DNA of 64,000 nt from an uncultured Verrucomicrobiae bacterium (GTDB lineage: Bacteria > Verrucomicrobiota > Verrucomicrobiia > Chthoniobacterales > JAFAMB01): contig CAWIPH010000002.1 of the NCBI GenBank assembly GCA_963837955.1, positions 576,001 to 640,000 on the forward strand, read 5' to 3'. The notes beneath the pieces were generated by a model. It ran no database searches and was not told the origin of the DNA. It worked only from the letters and a program-made list of their open reading frames with translations. Shown piece after piece: positions 39,565-49,901 of the stretch. A program made the translations under genes and the position numbers. The stretch's first letter is position 1, and every line of letters starts with the position of its first letter.

Positions 39565-40519
39565 ATGAGGAGAAGGCCACGCCACATCCGGGTCCGGTCC
39601 GGTCAATTCGAATTCGTTAAGCTCAATGCCAAGAAGTTCGATTGGCGAGATACCTACCATTTTATCCTGACCCTGAATTGGCCTGGCTTCGCCGGGCTTA
39701 TTCTCGGCATCTACCTCCTTATCAATCTTGTATTTGCCGCGTTGTACATGCTCGATGGACACGCTGTCGCCGAGATGTCGCCCGGCTCGTTTACGGATGC
39801 TTTTTTCTTTAGCGTGGAAACGCTGGCCACCGTTGGCTACGGCCACATGTATCCTGAATCTCTCTATGGCCACGTGATCACGATGCTCGAGATCATGGTG
39901 GGCATGTTCGGGCTGGCGGTGATCACCGGTTTAATTTTTGTGCGCTTTTCCCGTCCCACAGCGCGAATCCATTTCAGTAAAGTCGCGGTCATTGCGCCGT
40001 TCGATGGAGTGCCCAATTTGATGATTCGCGTGGCCAACCTACGCCACCAAGCCATGGTTGAGCCCGAGTTTCGTATGCTGCTGATTCGAACCGCTGTCAC
40101 TGCGGAAGGAGACGACGTGCGACGCTTTCGTTCCCTCAAACTGGAATTTGATCGTATGATCATGTTTCCGGTCGTTTTAACGGTACGGCACCGGATTGAT
40201 GAAACAAGTCCGCTTTTCGGATTGACTCCGGAAGATTTTCATCAACAGGACATCCGCATCGCACTCATCCATTGTTGGCGTCGACTCTGTTATTGTTGCT
40301 CCAGTCCAAAGCTTCTGGGACTACAATCACGATCAGATTGAGTGGAATCGGCGTTTCGTCGAAATCTATGGTCAGAACGAGGAAGGCGATTGGACCGTCG
40401 ATTATGCCCGAATTGACGAGACCGAAGATATCCCTCCGATTGAGAGCCTAGCCAAGGACCTGGAGGAGCAGCCGGTAGGCCGAAACACGACATTGAGTGA
40501 TAGCGAAGTGGGTGTTTGA
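39565..40519 (+). CDS. KirBac-type inward-rectifier K+ channel (frameshift near 40264)
   Basis: D.YH..L...W, FFFSVETLATVGYG filter, RFSRP, RVAN.R. The C-terminus continues in the +1 frame (SIVGVD...IEWNRRFVEI) to TGA at 40519. Confidence 0.85.
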
Positions 40520-40616
40520 TCCAGACAGTAAGGGCCCGGCAGTCAGGAGACCAAATGCGAGTTTTAGAAGCTAGGAATCGCGGAGAGTGCAACATTCCCC
40601 GAAATTCTCTCTCCTG

Positions 40617-41487
40617 TTAAGATCTTGAATCGTGAACCTCTGAAAGCGCTGGTCCGATCGAGCTTTTGCCGGTCTTCGAAGCGAAGATGCTGCGGATCAA
40701 TGAAGTCGAAAGAACGATAGCCCCACCGATTAGCGCCCAGGTGGAAACGCGCTCGTGGGTGACGATCAACACCCATATCGGATTCAAAATTGGTTCAATA
40801 AAGCTGATAATGGCCGCGTCGAGTGCCCGGACATGCCGGATCGCGGCCGAATAGGTGAGATAGGGGATAGTGAGTTGAACGATGCCCAGAGCTAGCAACC
40901 ATGGAAAATTTCGATTTAAATTTTCCATGGGAAACATGGCTGGTGCTGCAACTATCAGCGTGAGCAGATTGCCCAGCAGTACAACAGCTTCCGGCGAACC
41001 ATCCCGCTCCCGCCGCAGCGCGATTGCCAACAGGGCGTAGGAAACGCCGCTCCCGAGCGCGAGCACGACTCCAATCGTGCCGTTGATGCTGAGCTTATCA
41101 AAGAAAAAAAGGAGGATGCCGCCGAGGCCTAGGGAAATCAGAACCCAATCAAATCTGGTAGCGCGTTCCCGCAAGAGCCACGGTCCGAGCAACGCAATGT
41201 AGATCGGAGCTGTGTACTGAAGGAAAATGGCGTTTGCTGCGGTCGTGAGCTTTGTCGCTAGAACAAATAAGGTGACAGTCGTCGGTATAAGCGAGAGCTC
41301 CGGGCAACGCCTTCCAAGAGATCTTTCGCCAAAGCGACGGGAAGAAAGTTCCCAGCACCACGACCGCGATCGCGCTGCGACCGCCCGAAATCGCTAAAGG
41401 ATTCCAGTCGATCGATTTGATAAGAACACCACCAAGCGACCAGAGGACTGCGGTGACAATCAGCAGCAGAACGTGACGATTCATCAT
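40617..41487 (-). CDS. EamA/DMT family transporter (frameshift near 41285)
   Basis: Two ORF halves join by removing one base (..ALAY|TTVTLFVLATKLTTAANAIFLQYTAP..); 'EPILNPIWV'. Confidence 0.82.
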
Positions 41488-41535
41488 TGTGAGCGGCAGA
41501 GAGTGGGCCGCTTTCCTGCCTCCGAGTGCTCGAGG

Positions 41536-42780
41536 CTACAGAGCCTTAAAGGCAAGAGTCGCGTTGTGTCCGCCAAATCCGAAAGAGTTATTCAGAGCAA
41601 CCCGAACCTCTTTCTCGCGAGCAACATTCGGCACATAATCGAGATCACATTCCGGATCCGGATTTTCGAGATTGATGGTTGGCGGTACAACTCCATGCTT
41701 CATCGTCAAAATGCAGACTGCGCTTTCCACGGCCCCAGCTCCGCCCAGCAGATGTCCGATCATCGACTTCGTAGCGCTTATCAGAAGTCCGTTTCGCGCA
41801 TGATCACCCGCAAATAATTTGATAGCGTTGGTCTCGCACGCATCGCCAACCTGGGTCGAAGTTGCATGAGCGTTAATGTAATCGATATCTGCCACATTCA
41901 CGCCCGCCCGTTCGGTGGCAATTCTCATGGCCCGGGCGACAGGTTTGCCGTCCGGCTTCGGCGCCGTCATGTGGTAGGCATCGCAGGTAAGGCCGTAGCC
42001 GGCCAATTCACAATAGATTTCTGCGCCGCGTGCCTTGGCGTGTTCATACTCTTCCAGAATGAGGATGCCGCCTCCTTCACCCATCACAAAACCGTCTCGA
42101 TCGCGGTCAAATGGGCGAGAAGCGCGCTCTGGTTCATCGTTGCGCGTACTCATCGCACGCATCGCACAGAAACCGCCGACCCCGAGATTATTGATGACTG
42201 CCTCGCATCCGCCAGCCAGAAAAACTTCGGCCTCATCGTCGCGAATCATTCGCCAAGCTTCTCCAATCGAATTGCCGCCGGTGGCGCAGGCGGTAACGAT
42301 AGAGTAATTAGGCCCTTCAAAACCGTGCTCCATGGCGATGAGGCCGCTCGCCATATTGACGATCATCATCGGAACCATAAACGGAGAGACTCGACCGGGA
42401 CCCTTATTCATGAACGCCAGATGCTGCTGTTCCAGCGATGTCAGGCCTCCGATCCCACTTCCTACCAGAACACCCACTCGGGTCTTGTCCAATTTATCGA
42501 GATCGAGCCCGCTATCCTGCAAAGCCAATTTCGCCGAAGCGAGCGCGAATTGGGCGAACCGGTCCGTGCGCCGGACATCCTTCGGATTCGAAAGATAGGT
42601 TGTTGCCGAAAAATCCGGCACTTCACCCGCGATGTTGCACGGGAACACCGAGGAATCGAATTGAGTTATGCGACGGACGCCACTCTTCCCACTTACGACG
42701 TTTTCCCAAAAGGTTTTTAGATCACTTCCGATCGGCGTAATTAGGCCAATGCCGGTGACTACAACACGTCGATTACTCAT
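41536..42780 (-). CDS. fabF: 3-oxoacyl-ACP synthase II
   Basis: RRVVVTG.G, TACA, NAHATST, TKSMIGHLLG, NSFGFGGHN. Confidence 0.97.
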   Translation of the reverse strand: MSNRRVVVTGIGLITPIGSDLKTFWENVVSGKSGVRRITQFDSSVFPCNIAGEVPDFSATTYLSNPKDVRRTDRFAQFALASAKLALQDSGLDLDKLDKTRVGVLVGSGIGGLTSLEQQHLAFMNKGPGRVSPFMVPMMIVNMASGLIAMEHGFEGPNYSIVTACATGGNSIGEAWRMIRDDEAEVFLAGGCEAVINNLGVGGFCAMRAMSTRNDEPERASRPFDRDRDGFVMGEGGGILILEEYEHAKARGAEIYCELAGYGLTCDAYHMTAPKPDGKPVARAMRIATERAGVNVADIDYINAHATSTQVGDACETNAIKLFAGDHARNGLLISATKSMIGHLLGGAGAVESAVCILTMKHGVVPPTINLENPDPECDLDYVPNVAREKEVRVALNNSFGFGGHNATLAFKAL

Positions 42781-42833
42781 CAGATCTCCGATACGGAGTT
42801 ATTTTGCACCATTCTCCTATGTAACAGAAATTT

Positions 42834-44018
42834 TTACGTATTTCGTGAACCCATACCGACCATTTGAGCCTGTTGAAATAGCTTCCCTTCGGTCCGGATT
42901 GACGGGGCAATGATTATTTCGGTTTCCTGAAATTCGTGCAAATTGGCGGCGCCAACGTTGCCCATACAGGTTGTGATTGCACCGACCAGGTTTTGGCTTC
43001 CATCGTCGACTTCCGCCGGTCCAAACAAGATTTGTTTCAACGGCCCGGTCGTACCCACTCGAATTCGAGTTCCTCTCGGCAAGTTAGCATGAGGGGTTGC
43101 CATACCCCAATGATAGCCTTTCCCTGGTGCTTCGATCGCTTTGGCAAATGCGCTTCCAATCATCACGGCATCGGCACCGCACGCTAGCGCCTTACAAACG
43201 TCGCCTCCTTTGCTCATACCGCCATCGGTAATAATTGGCACGTATCTGCCGGTCTTTTTGAAATGGTAATCGCGGGCTGCGGCACAATCGACCGTAGCAG
43301 TCACTTGCGGAACGCCCAGACCTAGAACCCCGCGCGAAGTACAGGCGGCACCAGGTCCAACGCCGACGAGTACTCCAGCGACGCCGCACCCCATAATTTC
43401 AAGGGTTACATCGTAACCGACCGTGTTACCAACGATCACAGGACAAGACATGGCGCGGCAGAACTTAGTGAGGTCCAGCGACTGATATTCAGTCGAAATA
43501 TGCCTCACCGTAGAGACAGTACTTTGCACGACAAACACGTCGACACCTGCCTCTTGCGCAATTTGACCGTAGCGCTCCGCTTTCTGCGGAATGGAGCTCA
43601 CCGCGGCGGGAATCCCCAGGGCCTTCATTTCCCGGATGCGAGCGGTAATTAGTTCTTCTTGAACCGGCTCCTGGTAAATCTTTTGGAGTAGAGCAGTCAC
43701 ATGCTCTTTATCTGCGTCCAGCACCTTTAGCAGGACTTCCTCCGGGTTCTTGTATCTCGTTTGAATACCTTCCAGATTGAGAACTGCGAGTCCTCCCAAC
43801 TTTCCCATCTCCACAGCGAACCGGACATCGACAACCCCATCCATGGCACTCGCTAGGATAGGTATAGCCAGCCGCACGGGGTTGCCGTTGGCATTGGGTA
43901 TTTGAAATGTAATGTCCACCTCGTTTGGATTGACGGTGACACTCCCGGGTACCAGCGCAATCTCGTCGAAGCCGTAGGTCACGCGCGCCTTGCGATTGCG
44001 GCCGATGAACATCGCCAT
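42834..44018 (-). CDS. guaB: IMP dehydrogenase-related protein (GuaB3-type, no CBS domains)
   Basis: [32 protein letters not shown]. Confidence 0.88.
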   Translation of the reverse strand: MAMFIGRNRKARVTYGFDEIALVPGSVTVNPNEVDITFQIPNANGNPVRLAIPILASAMDGVVDVRFAVEMGKLGGLAVLNLEGIQTRYKNPEEVLLKVLDADKEHVTALLQKIYQEPVQEELITARIREMKALGIPAAVSSIPQKAERYGQIAQEAGVDVFVVQSTVSTVRHISTEYQSLDLTKFCRAMSCPVIVGNTVGYDVTLEIMGCGVAGVLVGVGPGAACTSRGVLGLGVPQVTATVDCAAARDYHFKKTGRYVPIITDGGMSKGGDVCKALACGADAVMIGSAFAKAIEAPGKGYHWGMATPHANLPRGTRIRVGTTGPLKQILFGPAEVDDGSQNLVGAITTCMGNVGAANLHEFQETEIIIAPSIRTEGKLFQQAQMVGMGSRNT

Positions 44019-44022
44019 ATAA

Positions 44023-44262
44023 TTAAAGTCCTCCAGTTTTCTGTCGCTCGTTCAGGCTGCCGCAACGCGGGCACCGGATAAGCTCCGCGCTGGTCCTGTC
44101 TTCGAAAATAGAGGCACAGATCGTGCAGTGGACCCGGTAACGCAAGACTTCTTTTTCACGTTTTTGGTTACGCCATTCGTACACAATTGAGAGTGAAAAG
44201 AGGGCCGCAAGCAGAACGAAAAAGTAGATGAGGACAATTACCGGTAGTTCAACGCGTATCAT
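44023..44262 (-). CDS. Small membrane protein with C-terminal zinc ribbon
   Basis: One TM, then CxxC...CPRCG. Confidence 0.65.
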   Translation of the reverse strand: MIRVELPVIVLIYFFVLLAALFSLSIVYEWRNQKREKEVLRYRVHCTICASIFEDRTSAELIRCPRCGSLNERQKTGGL

Positions 44263-44371
44263 CGCCGGATATCGAGAAGGCTAGACCAAATTCTGGTAGT
44301 CAAATGGTTGGCAACCAACCGCCGATCAGAATAATTCCCAGTTGCCCGGTGTCGAGATTTCGGGCTCGGCT

Positions 44372-45148
44372 TCATGGTGCCGTGACCCCCCAATGCAGGG
44401 TAATAAGATCCCAAGTGGAAGAGGAAGCCGATCGAAATTGGATCTGCCGGACAAATTGTTCCGCCTCCGCATCACGGCGATCGCTCCCGGAGGTTTGCCA
44501 GAGAAATAGATGTTCGATTTTTCCTTCCCGGTTCACGCCGACGAAAAACGTGGATGGTTCCAACATCTCGGAAGCGGTTGGCGGAGAGCCCGAGAAGACC
44601 CCCTGCCGCCCTTGCAGGTTGTGACCGAATTCTAAGCGAGTAGCGAACGGTTGGTTGATGGGTGCGATCGTTGGCCGGCCCCGAACCGGGAAAAGATCTT
44701 CGGCGGAAAAAAGTGGGGGTTTCGGGGTCCGCAGTGAAACCGTGGGCTGCGGTTCACCTAGAGGACCCGGAGCGATCGCGGAAAAACTTGGGCGATAACG
44801 TGGTACCAGGGCGGGAACCAAATCATTCCGAAACTTGGCGGTGTTCAAGGTCGACGGATCGTGTAACTCGACCCAATCGAGGATGCGACGATCATCGGAG
44901 TTTTTGGGATTAAGAACTGAGACCTGAGCGGTGGGTGGCAGCAATGAATTGGTCGTTGGGTAGACTATGTGGAAAAGGTAGAACGCTGCGAAATGCACCA
45001 GTAATGAAGCCGCCAGAAATCCAATGAGGGGTTGGTTCCAGCGGTGAGGCGTCCAATCAAAAATCAAACGCTGGGATGAAAGGGCGTTATTCTTCAAGAG
45101 CCTTGTGGGGAGGTCGCCAGCGCGACGGAATAGCCATGGTCCAGACAA
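44372..45148 (-). CDS. TonB-like energy transducer
   Basis: TM with 'SLLVH', Pro-rich linker, C-terminal 'V...G.......TSG....D..A'; follows exbBD; start uncertain. Confidence 0.6.
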   Translation of the reverse strand: MSGPWLFRRAGDLPTRLLKNNALSSQRLIFDWTPHRWNQPLIGFLAASLLVHFAAFYLFHIVYPTTNSLLPPTAQVSVLNPKNSDDRRILDWVELHDPSTLNTAKFRNDLVPALVPRYRPSFSAIAPGPLGEPQPTVSLRTPKPPLFSAEDLFPVRGRPTIAPINQPFATRLEFGHNLQGRQGVFSGSPPTASEMLEPSTFFVGVNREGKIEHLFLWQTSGSDRRDAEAEQFVRQIQFRSASSSTWDLITLHWGVTAP

Positions 45149-45498
45149 AGATTCATGACTTCGACCACGAGACCTTGGGGAGCCATTCGATCCGCCCGAA
45201 TGATGATAGATCGATCGGTCAAGCGATCCTGATCGAATTCATGACCGAGCTCGTCGAGCGAAACCTGCCGATCCCGAAAAAAAATGGAGGGAATCGGGTT
45301 GGCCGTGATCGCTACAATTAACGGGTTTCTGGCCGGGCCGAGGGTAAATTTAGAGGACGGGAGATTGATACTAATTCCGGGGTTTACCAGAAAGGTAGAA
45401 CTCACCACGAAAAGAAGCAGGAACAACAGAACAAGGTCCATCAGCGGAACGATGAAAAGCAGATACGGATTGAGCCGGACGGACCTTTCCAGTTTCAT
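45094..45498 (-). CDS. exbD: ExbD/TolR family protein
   Basis: PLMDLV..LL.F, I.LP, IIRADR......VV.VM. Confidence 0.9.
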   Translation of the reverse strand: MKLERSVRLNPYLLFIVPLMDLVLLFLLLFVVSSTFLVNPGISINLPSSKFTLGPARNPLIVAITANPIPSIFFRDRQVSLDELGHEFDQDRLTDRSIIIRADRMAPQGLVVEVMNLCLDHGYSVALATSPQGS

Positions 45499-46160
45499 CT
45501 CTGCTCGCCGGCGGCCTTCGATGCGGCATCAAATTCGATGATCGATGAGCGTTCTTCGGAGTCGGTGATAAGTTTGACGGCCTCGATTCCGGCTCTCTCC
45601 ATGTCATGTATCAAGCGATTAAGTCTCGCCGAAAGATGGCAATACCCGAGAATTGCGGGAATGGCTACCGCCAAACCCCCAGCCGTAGTCAAGAGGCTTT
45701 GGTATATGCCGCCGGAGATCTCGGCCAAGGTCGCATAACCGTTGTTCGCAGAAAGCTGGACAAAGGCTTGAATTAAGCCGGTTACGGTTCCCAGTAGGCC
45801 GACTAGCGGGCAGATATATCCGATGGCCACGAGAATTCCCAGGTTCCGTTCGAGACGAGGGATTTCCAACTGAGCTGCCTCTTGGACAATCTCCTTGAGC
45901 TCCAACCGGGGAAGATGCGGATGATTCAAGGCAGCCAGAATCACTCGTGTAACCGGGATGAGCGAAGCTTGGCATTCTACGCGAGCCTCCACAAAATTTC
46001 GACTTCGGATCAAGTTCGACAATCCTTGCAGAAGCTCCTCCACGTTGATGCTCGCGCGATGGTAGTGCAGGAGACGTTCCAGGAACACCGCGACGGCCAC
46101 AACGCTACAAAGAAGGATGAGCCACATCAGCGGTCCACCCTTTTGCATGTAGTCGACCAT
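45495..46160 (-). CDS. exbB: ExbB/TolQ/MotA proton channel protein
   Basis: GGPLMW, PLVGLLGTV.GLI.AF, L.TTA.GL.VAIP. Confidence 0.92.
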   Translation of the reverse strand: MVDYMQKGGPLMWLILLCSVVAVAVFLERLLHYHRASINVEELLQGLSNLIRSRNFVEARVECQASLIPVTRVILAALNHPHLPRLELKEIVQEAAQLEIPRLERNLGILVAIGYICPLVGLLGTVTGLIQAFVQLSANNGYATLAEISGGIYQSLLTTAGGLAVAIPAILGYCHLSARLNRLIHDMERAGIEAVKLITDSEERSSIIEFDAASKAAGEQR

Positions 46161-46286
46161 CTGGGACTTATAGCCAAGCCTGCCCCTGAGCGCAACAACT
46201 GGGACATTCATCCTTTGAGCCCAGATAGAGTTGACTGCCCCGCCGCGCACCTATGCGCGTCAACGTAAGGGAAAGAATATGCGCCG

Positions 46287-46537
46287 AGAAGACTTGTCCC
46301 GGAGGGACTCAACGAAAGTAGCCCAGTACGAAGTGCTGGGTTGGCCTTCAAAAAAACGACCCGTCCCGGACGGGACGATCGAAGGCTGCTTACGCTGGTG
46401 AAGCTGCATACGGGAGGACCAGGAGCCGAAACACTTCTATCGTCCCTTATAGGCGGGACAGACCTCTCTTTTTTGCATTATTTCCCAGCACTTCGTACTG
46501 GGCTACTTTCATCGGATCCCTCCGGGACAAGTCTTCT
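46287..46537. repeat. REP/REPIN-like palindromic element with 54-bp terminal inverted repeats
   Basis: 46287-46340 and 46484-46537 are inverted repeats (50/54 identical by eye); GTCCC-loop-GGGAC hairpins occur in the arms and the interior. Confidence 0.9.
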
Positions 46538-46659
46538 GCCGATGGTGCTAAGCCTTATGTTAACGCCATACCCCGACGCGGGGTAAAGCTATTTTCATTT
46601 TGATCCCTGCGGGATCGTGACGCGCCGGCCAGGTACCGGACCGTTACCTGACAGTAAAA

Positions 46660-47301
46660 TTAGCTTCCTGCAGCGCTCCCTTCGCGAACCGGCATGGGCC
46701 GAAGCGTCGGATGCTCTCGGTTGAATTTGTGCAATAGAAGCTGCGTCACTGCATCAAGAGCGGCAAACACGTTGTAACCGGTGGTGGCGACAGCTTCAAA
46801 AAATCGCACCCGCCTTTTACGATTATTCAGGAGGAACTCTAAATAATTAGTAGGGGCGACGTCACTTAAATCCCGCTTATTATACTGAAGCACGTAGGGT
46901 AGCTCCTCCAACTTTAGATGTTGGCGACCCAGGTTCTCTTCGAGATTCCGAAAACCCTCAACGTTTTCCTGCATTTTGTCCCACTGCGAATCCGCGACGA
47001 AGACCACCCCGTCAACGCTGCGGAGCACAAGCTGGCGAGTCGTGTTATAAATCACCTGCCCCGGAACCGTGTACAATTGGAACTTCGTTCTGAAGCCCTG
47101 GAGCACGACTGCGTTCACCGGTAGAAAATCGAAAAAGAGCGTCCGATCAGCCGCTGTGGCTAGGGAAACTAGATCGCCGCGATAATTCGGTGAGATTCGC
47201 GAATGAATGTACTGGAGATTGGTCGTCTTGCCGCAAAGAGCTGGCCCGTAGTAGACGACCTTGAACTGGATCTCTTTGCTAGCGTAATTAATGATCGGCA
47301 T
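46660..47301 (-). CDS. mglA: MglA-family small GTPase
   Basis: KVVYYGPALCGKTTNL, DRTLFFDFLP, YTVPGQ, QYNKRDL. Confidence 0.93.
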   Translation of the reverse strand: MPIINYASKEIQFKVVYYGPALCGKTTNLQYIHSRISPNYRGDLVSLATAADRTLFFDFLPVNAVVLQGFRTKFQLYTVPGQVIYNTTRQLVLRSVDGVVFVADSQWDKMQENVEGFRNLEENLGRQHLKLEELPYVLQYNKRDLSDVAPTNYLEFLLNNRKRRVRFFEAVATTGYNVFAALDAVTQLLLHKFNREHPTLRPMPVREGSAAGS

Positions 47302-47308
47302 GAACGAG

Positions 47309-48922
47309 CTAGATCTCGGATGACGATAAAGCTTCAGCTAGTCGCGAGAAGATCAACGATATTTTTTCACGAACCCCCGGCTTGAATGGTCGACGACTGT
47401 GCCGCACCGATAAACAAAGTCGTCCATCCGAGAAAATGCTGATCTGCTCCTGGCGCCAGCAGAGCGTAAGAGTCTCCAGCCCGGTGAACTCTTTCTGGTC
47501 CAACTGAGTTTTGACTTCGCCAAAAAGCACCGGAAACAGAGCGAGCGCGTTCCGCTCGAATTGGTCGTCACCAATCCCTCCGGTAAGCCGCCGTCCATCT
47601 GCGGTATGAAGCAGAGCGGTCTGCAGACCGGGAAGAGCTGAAATTTTGCTTAGGACAATAGGTAGGTCTAACCGCTCGTCAGTCATAAAGACCGATTGGA
47701 GAGCGGAAAAATCGGGTTCGGGTTTTGGCGGAGGCGTCAGTACAGGCTCGACGGTAACCTCAGTTGGAGTTTCGACCTTCTCGCTTGGTACCTCGCTGTC
47801 GAATTCCAGCTGTGCACGGTCCGTCTCAGATTCAGCAACTGGGCTTGCAGTCTTACGAAATCTTTCGGCGTCTTCTCGTGCCGTAGTAGTAAACGGAGTG
47901 TCGATCGGATCGCGAACTTCATCTATCTCCTGGTCTACCCGGAGTGGCAACGCATCGCTCGGAAGATGCCGGAAGATTTCCTTCAGTGGGATCGGTACCT
48001 GGGCTGATTGATCAACCTGACCAAACGCGTTTCGAACGGATTCGGGAAGCGCCTTTAGGAAAATCGGGATCGGTACCGTTACCCGACCATCAGATAGCTG
48101 CGATCGGATCAACTCCAAAGGAAGCTCGATCTCCGTGTTTGATCCCGCAACACTATGGAGGGCTGGACGATCTAGTTCGGGAGGCAGGTTCCGCAAAATC
48201 GGCGGGAGTGCAATCCGAACATTCTGGGCGGTATCCGCTCCGTTTTGGCTCGCTCCCGTCGATGGACTTTCGCCGTTAACCATCGAAGAGGGTTGGGACT
48301 TGTCGCTCAATGTCTCGTCGGTACTCGCTTGGCTTCGATCCTTAAATGTTTGCATGGGCGGTTCGTGTCTCTCACCGAGTTGAGGCTCAACCGGCGGCTG
48401 TTGTGCTTCGGAGACAGGAATTGGGCCTGTCTTCACCTCGACCACTTCGGCATTTCGCAGCCGCTCCCAAGCGGGCAACTGAAATCTCACGGACCGATTA
48501 TCTGAGGCCGGAATTGCAGCGGCGAAGATTTCCGGGCAGACCGCGTGCAGCACGTAAAGGCTTACGGTACCGGTGTGATCCGTGTCGTTGACCCGGACCT
48601 CTTTGCGCGGGATTTGAATTCGCCGCCTCGGGTCCAAGGAGGGATTGTCTTGCGAGATGCCTTGGGGAAGGGATTGCCAAAGCGTCTGCAGTGGGATGTC
48701 AATAGTGGCTCGGACCGGTCGTTTGAACGTGGAGGAACCTGAAATGGTTCGGGCGGACTGAGGCATCGTCTCGCGCAGGCGCGGAACTCCTGGCCGGGCG
48801 GCTGTAGTTCGCGTGGCCGCAAACTCGTTTGATTCGGCCGGAGCTTCTGGTGAGGGGTGCCGCTCGGGTTCGTCTTCTTTCGACCTTCCCGATTTCGACT
48901 TGAACCAAGAAAAGAAAGCCAT
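47309..48922 (-). CDS. Large Pro-rich protein with duplicated internal module and C-terminal roadblock/MglB-like domain
   Basis: Directly upstream of mglA (7-bp gap); C-terminal 'LPGL..ALL...DG..L.G' alpha/beta pattern. Confidence 0.55.
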   Translation of the reverse strand: MAFFSWFKSKSGRSKEDEPERHPSPEAPAESNEFAATRTTAARPGVPRLRETMPQSARTISGSSTFKRPVRATIDIPLQTLWQSLPQGISQDNPSLDPRRRIQIPRKEVRVNDTDHTGTVSLYVLHAVCPEIFAAAIPASDNRSVRFQLPAWERLRNAEVVEVKTGPIPVSEAQQPPVEPQLGERHEPPMQTFKDRSQASTDETLSDKSQPSSMVNGESPSTGASQNGADTAQNVRIALPPILRNLPPELDRPALHSVAGSNTEIELPLELIRSQLSDGRVTVPIPIFLKALPESVRNAFGQVDQSAQVPIPLKEIFRHLPSDALPLRVDQEIDEVRDPIDTPFTTTAREDAERFRKTASPVAESETDRAQLEFDSEVPSEKVETPTEVTVEPVLTPPPKPEPDFSALQSVFMTDERLDLPIVLSKISALPGLQTALLHTADGRRLTGGIGDDQFERNALALFPVLFGEVKTQLDQKEFTGLETLTLCWRQEQISIFSDGRLCLSVRHSRRPFKPGVREKISLIFSRLAEALSSSEI

Positions 48923-49136
48923 GATACAAACGCGCTAGACTAGCATGGCACCAGAAAAATTCCTCTGGATTTTACGTCGCAATACGGTTTTTGCGTAATT
49001 AATCGCGTATTTGCGTATCAAAACAGTGTGAAATTCAGGTTCTAACGACGATTTTTGACCGAATAGGCTTTCACAAAACGGCAAAAACTAAAAAACCACA
49101 TTTTCCAAATCGACTACACAATATAAATCAGGCGAC

Positions 49137-49901
49137 CTAAAAAAGCGGGGATATGTACATTTTCAAGACACTCACCAGGCCTCCCGGGTAGTACGGAGTA
49201 CGGTCATAATAGAAGCTGCGGTCTGAAGCCTGATACCGGACGTGAACTACCTTTCCCGGTTGATTAACGTCATAAACGAAGAAAAGCAGATCCCCGTTTG
49301 GCCGCTTCACGTATTTGTAAGCGACCAGGCAATGATTGATCGGCTTCATCCGAGTTATGTAGATCGCCTCAATCTTTTCGGCGTCGAGACGCCGTTGCAG
49401 CCACAGCGCCAAGCGCTGCTGGCCGGAACGCGGGACCGGCAACACAATGCGCCAATTGCCAATGCGCCAATATGACGGCCACCAGATGCCCAGCGTTTTT
49501 TGCAGCATTAAAGGGTAGGCCGCCGAAAAACTGTAGAGGTCGGAATAACCTGGGAACTGAATTTTTTTCGCGGGCCCCTCGCTTGAGGCTGGAATTCGCA
49601 CCAGATTTTTAATCCGAGAGCGATATTCCTCTTCCGTCAATTTGGGAAGATCCGGACGAAATTCAGCAAAGCGTCGAAATTGCAATACCGAACGAACCAG
49701 AACGAAGCAATGGCGCGAGTAGTCAGGGATTTTGCCATCCGCGCGCGGAAGGATCTCGACGTTTCCCTTTTGGTTGGTCTGGTAATCGAAATAGAGCTGA
49801 TTCGAGAATGAAAAAGTGTCTTGAGGAAACTGGAATGGTTTGCCGTTTACTAATGTTGCCAGCGCGACATTAGCCCAGAGCAAGAAAAGTGTGGATCGCA
49901 C
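49137..49901 (-). CDS. Hypothetical exported protein
   Basis: Signal-like N-terminus, 254-aa ORF abutting the rpoN stop; contains C...H...D-N residues. Confidence 0.65.
   Translation of the reverse strand: MRSTLFLLWANVALATLVNGKPFQFPQDTFSFSNQLYFDYQTNQKGNVEILPRADGKIPDYSRHCFVLVRSVLQFRRFAEFRPDLPKLTEEEYRSRIKNLVRIPASSEGPAKKIQFPGYSDLYSFSAAYPLMLQKTLGIWWPSYWRIGNWRIVLPVPRSGQQRLALWLQRRLDAEKIEAIYITRMKPINHCLVAYKYVKRPNGDLLFFVYDVNQPGKVVHVRYQASDRSFYYDRTPYYPGGLVSVLKMYISPLF

Noticed and set aside
41866..42720. 284-aa ORF antisense to fabF, and similar shadow ORFs throughout
   Set aside because: Antisense shadows of well-supported genes with no protein motifs.
48946..48962. Second sigma-54 site (TGGCAC) upstream of the roadblock-like gene
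   Set aside because: No GC at the -12 position.
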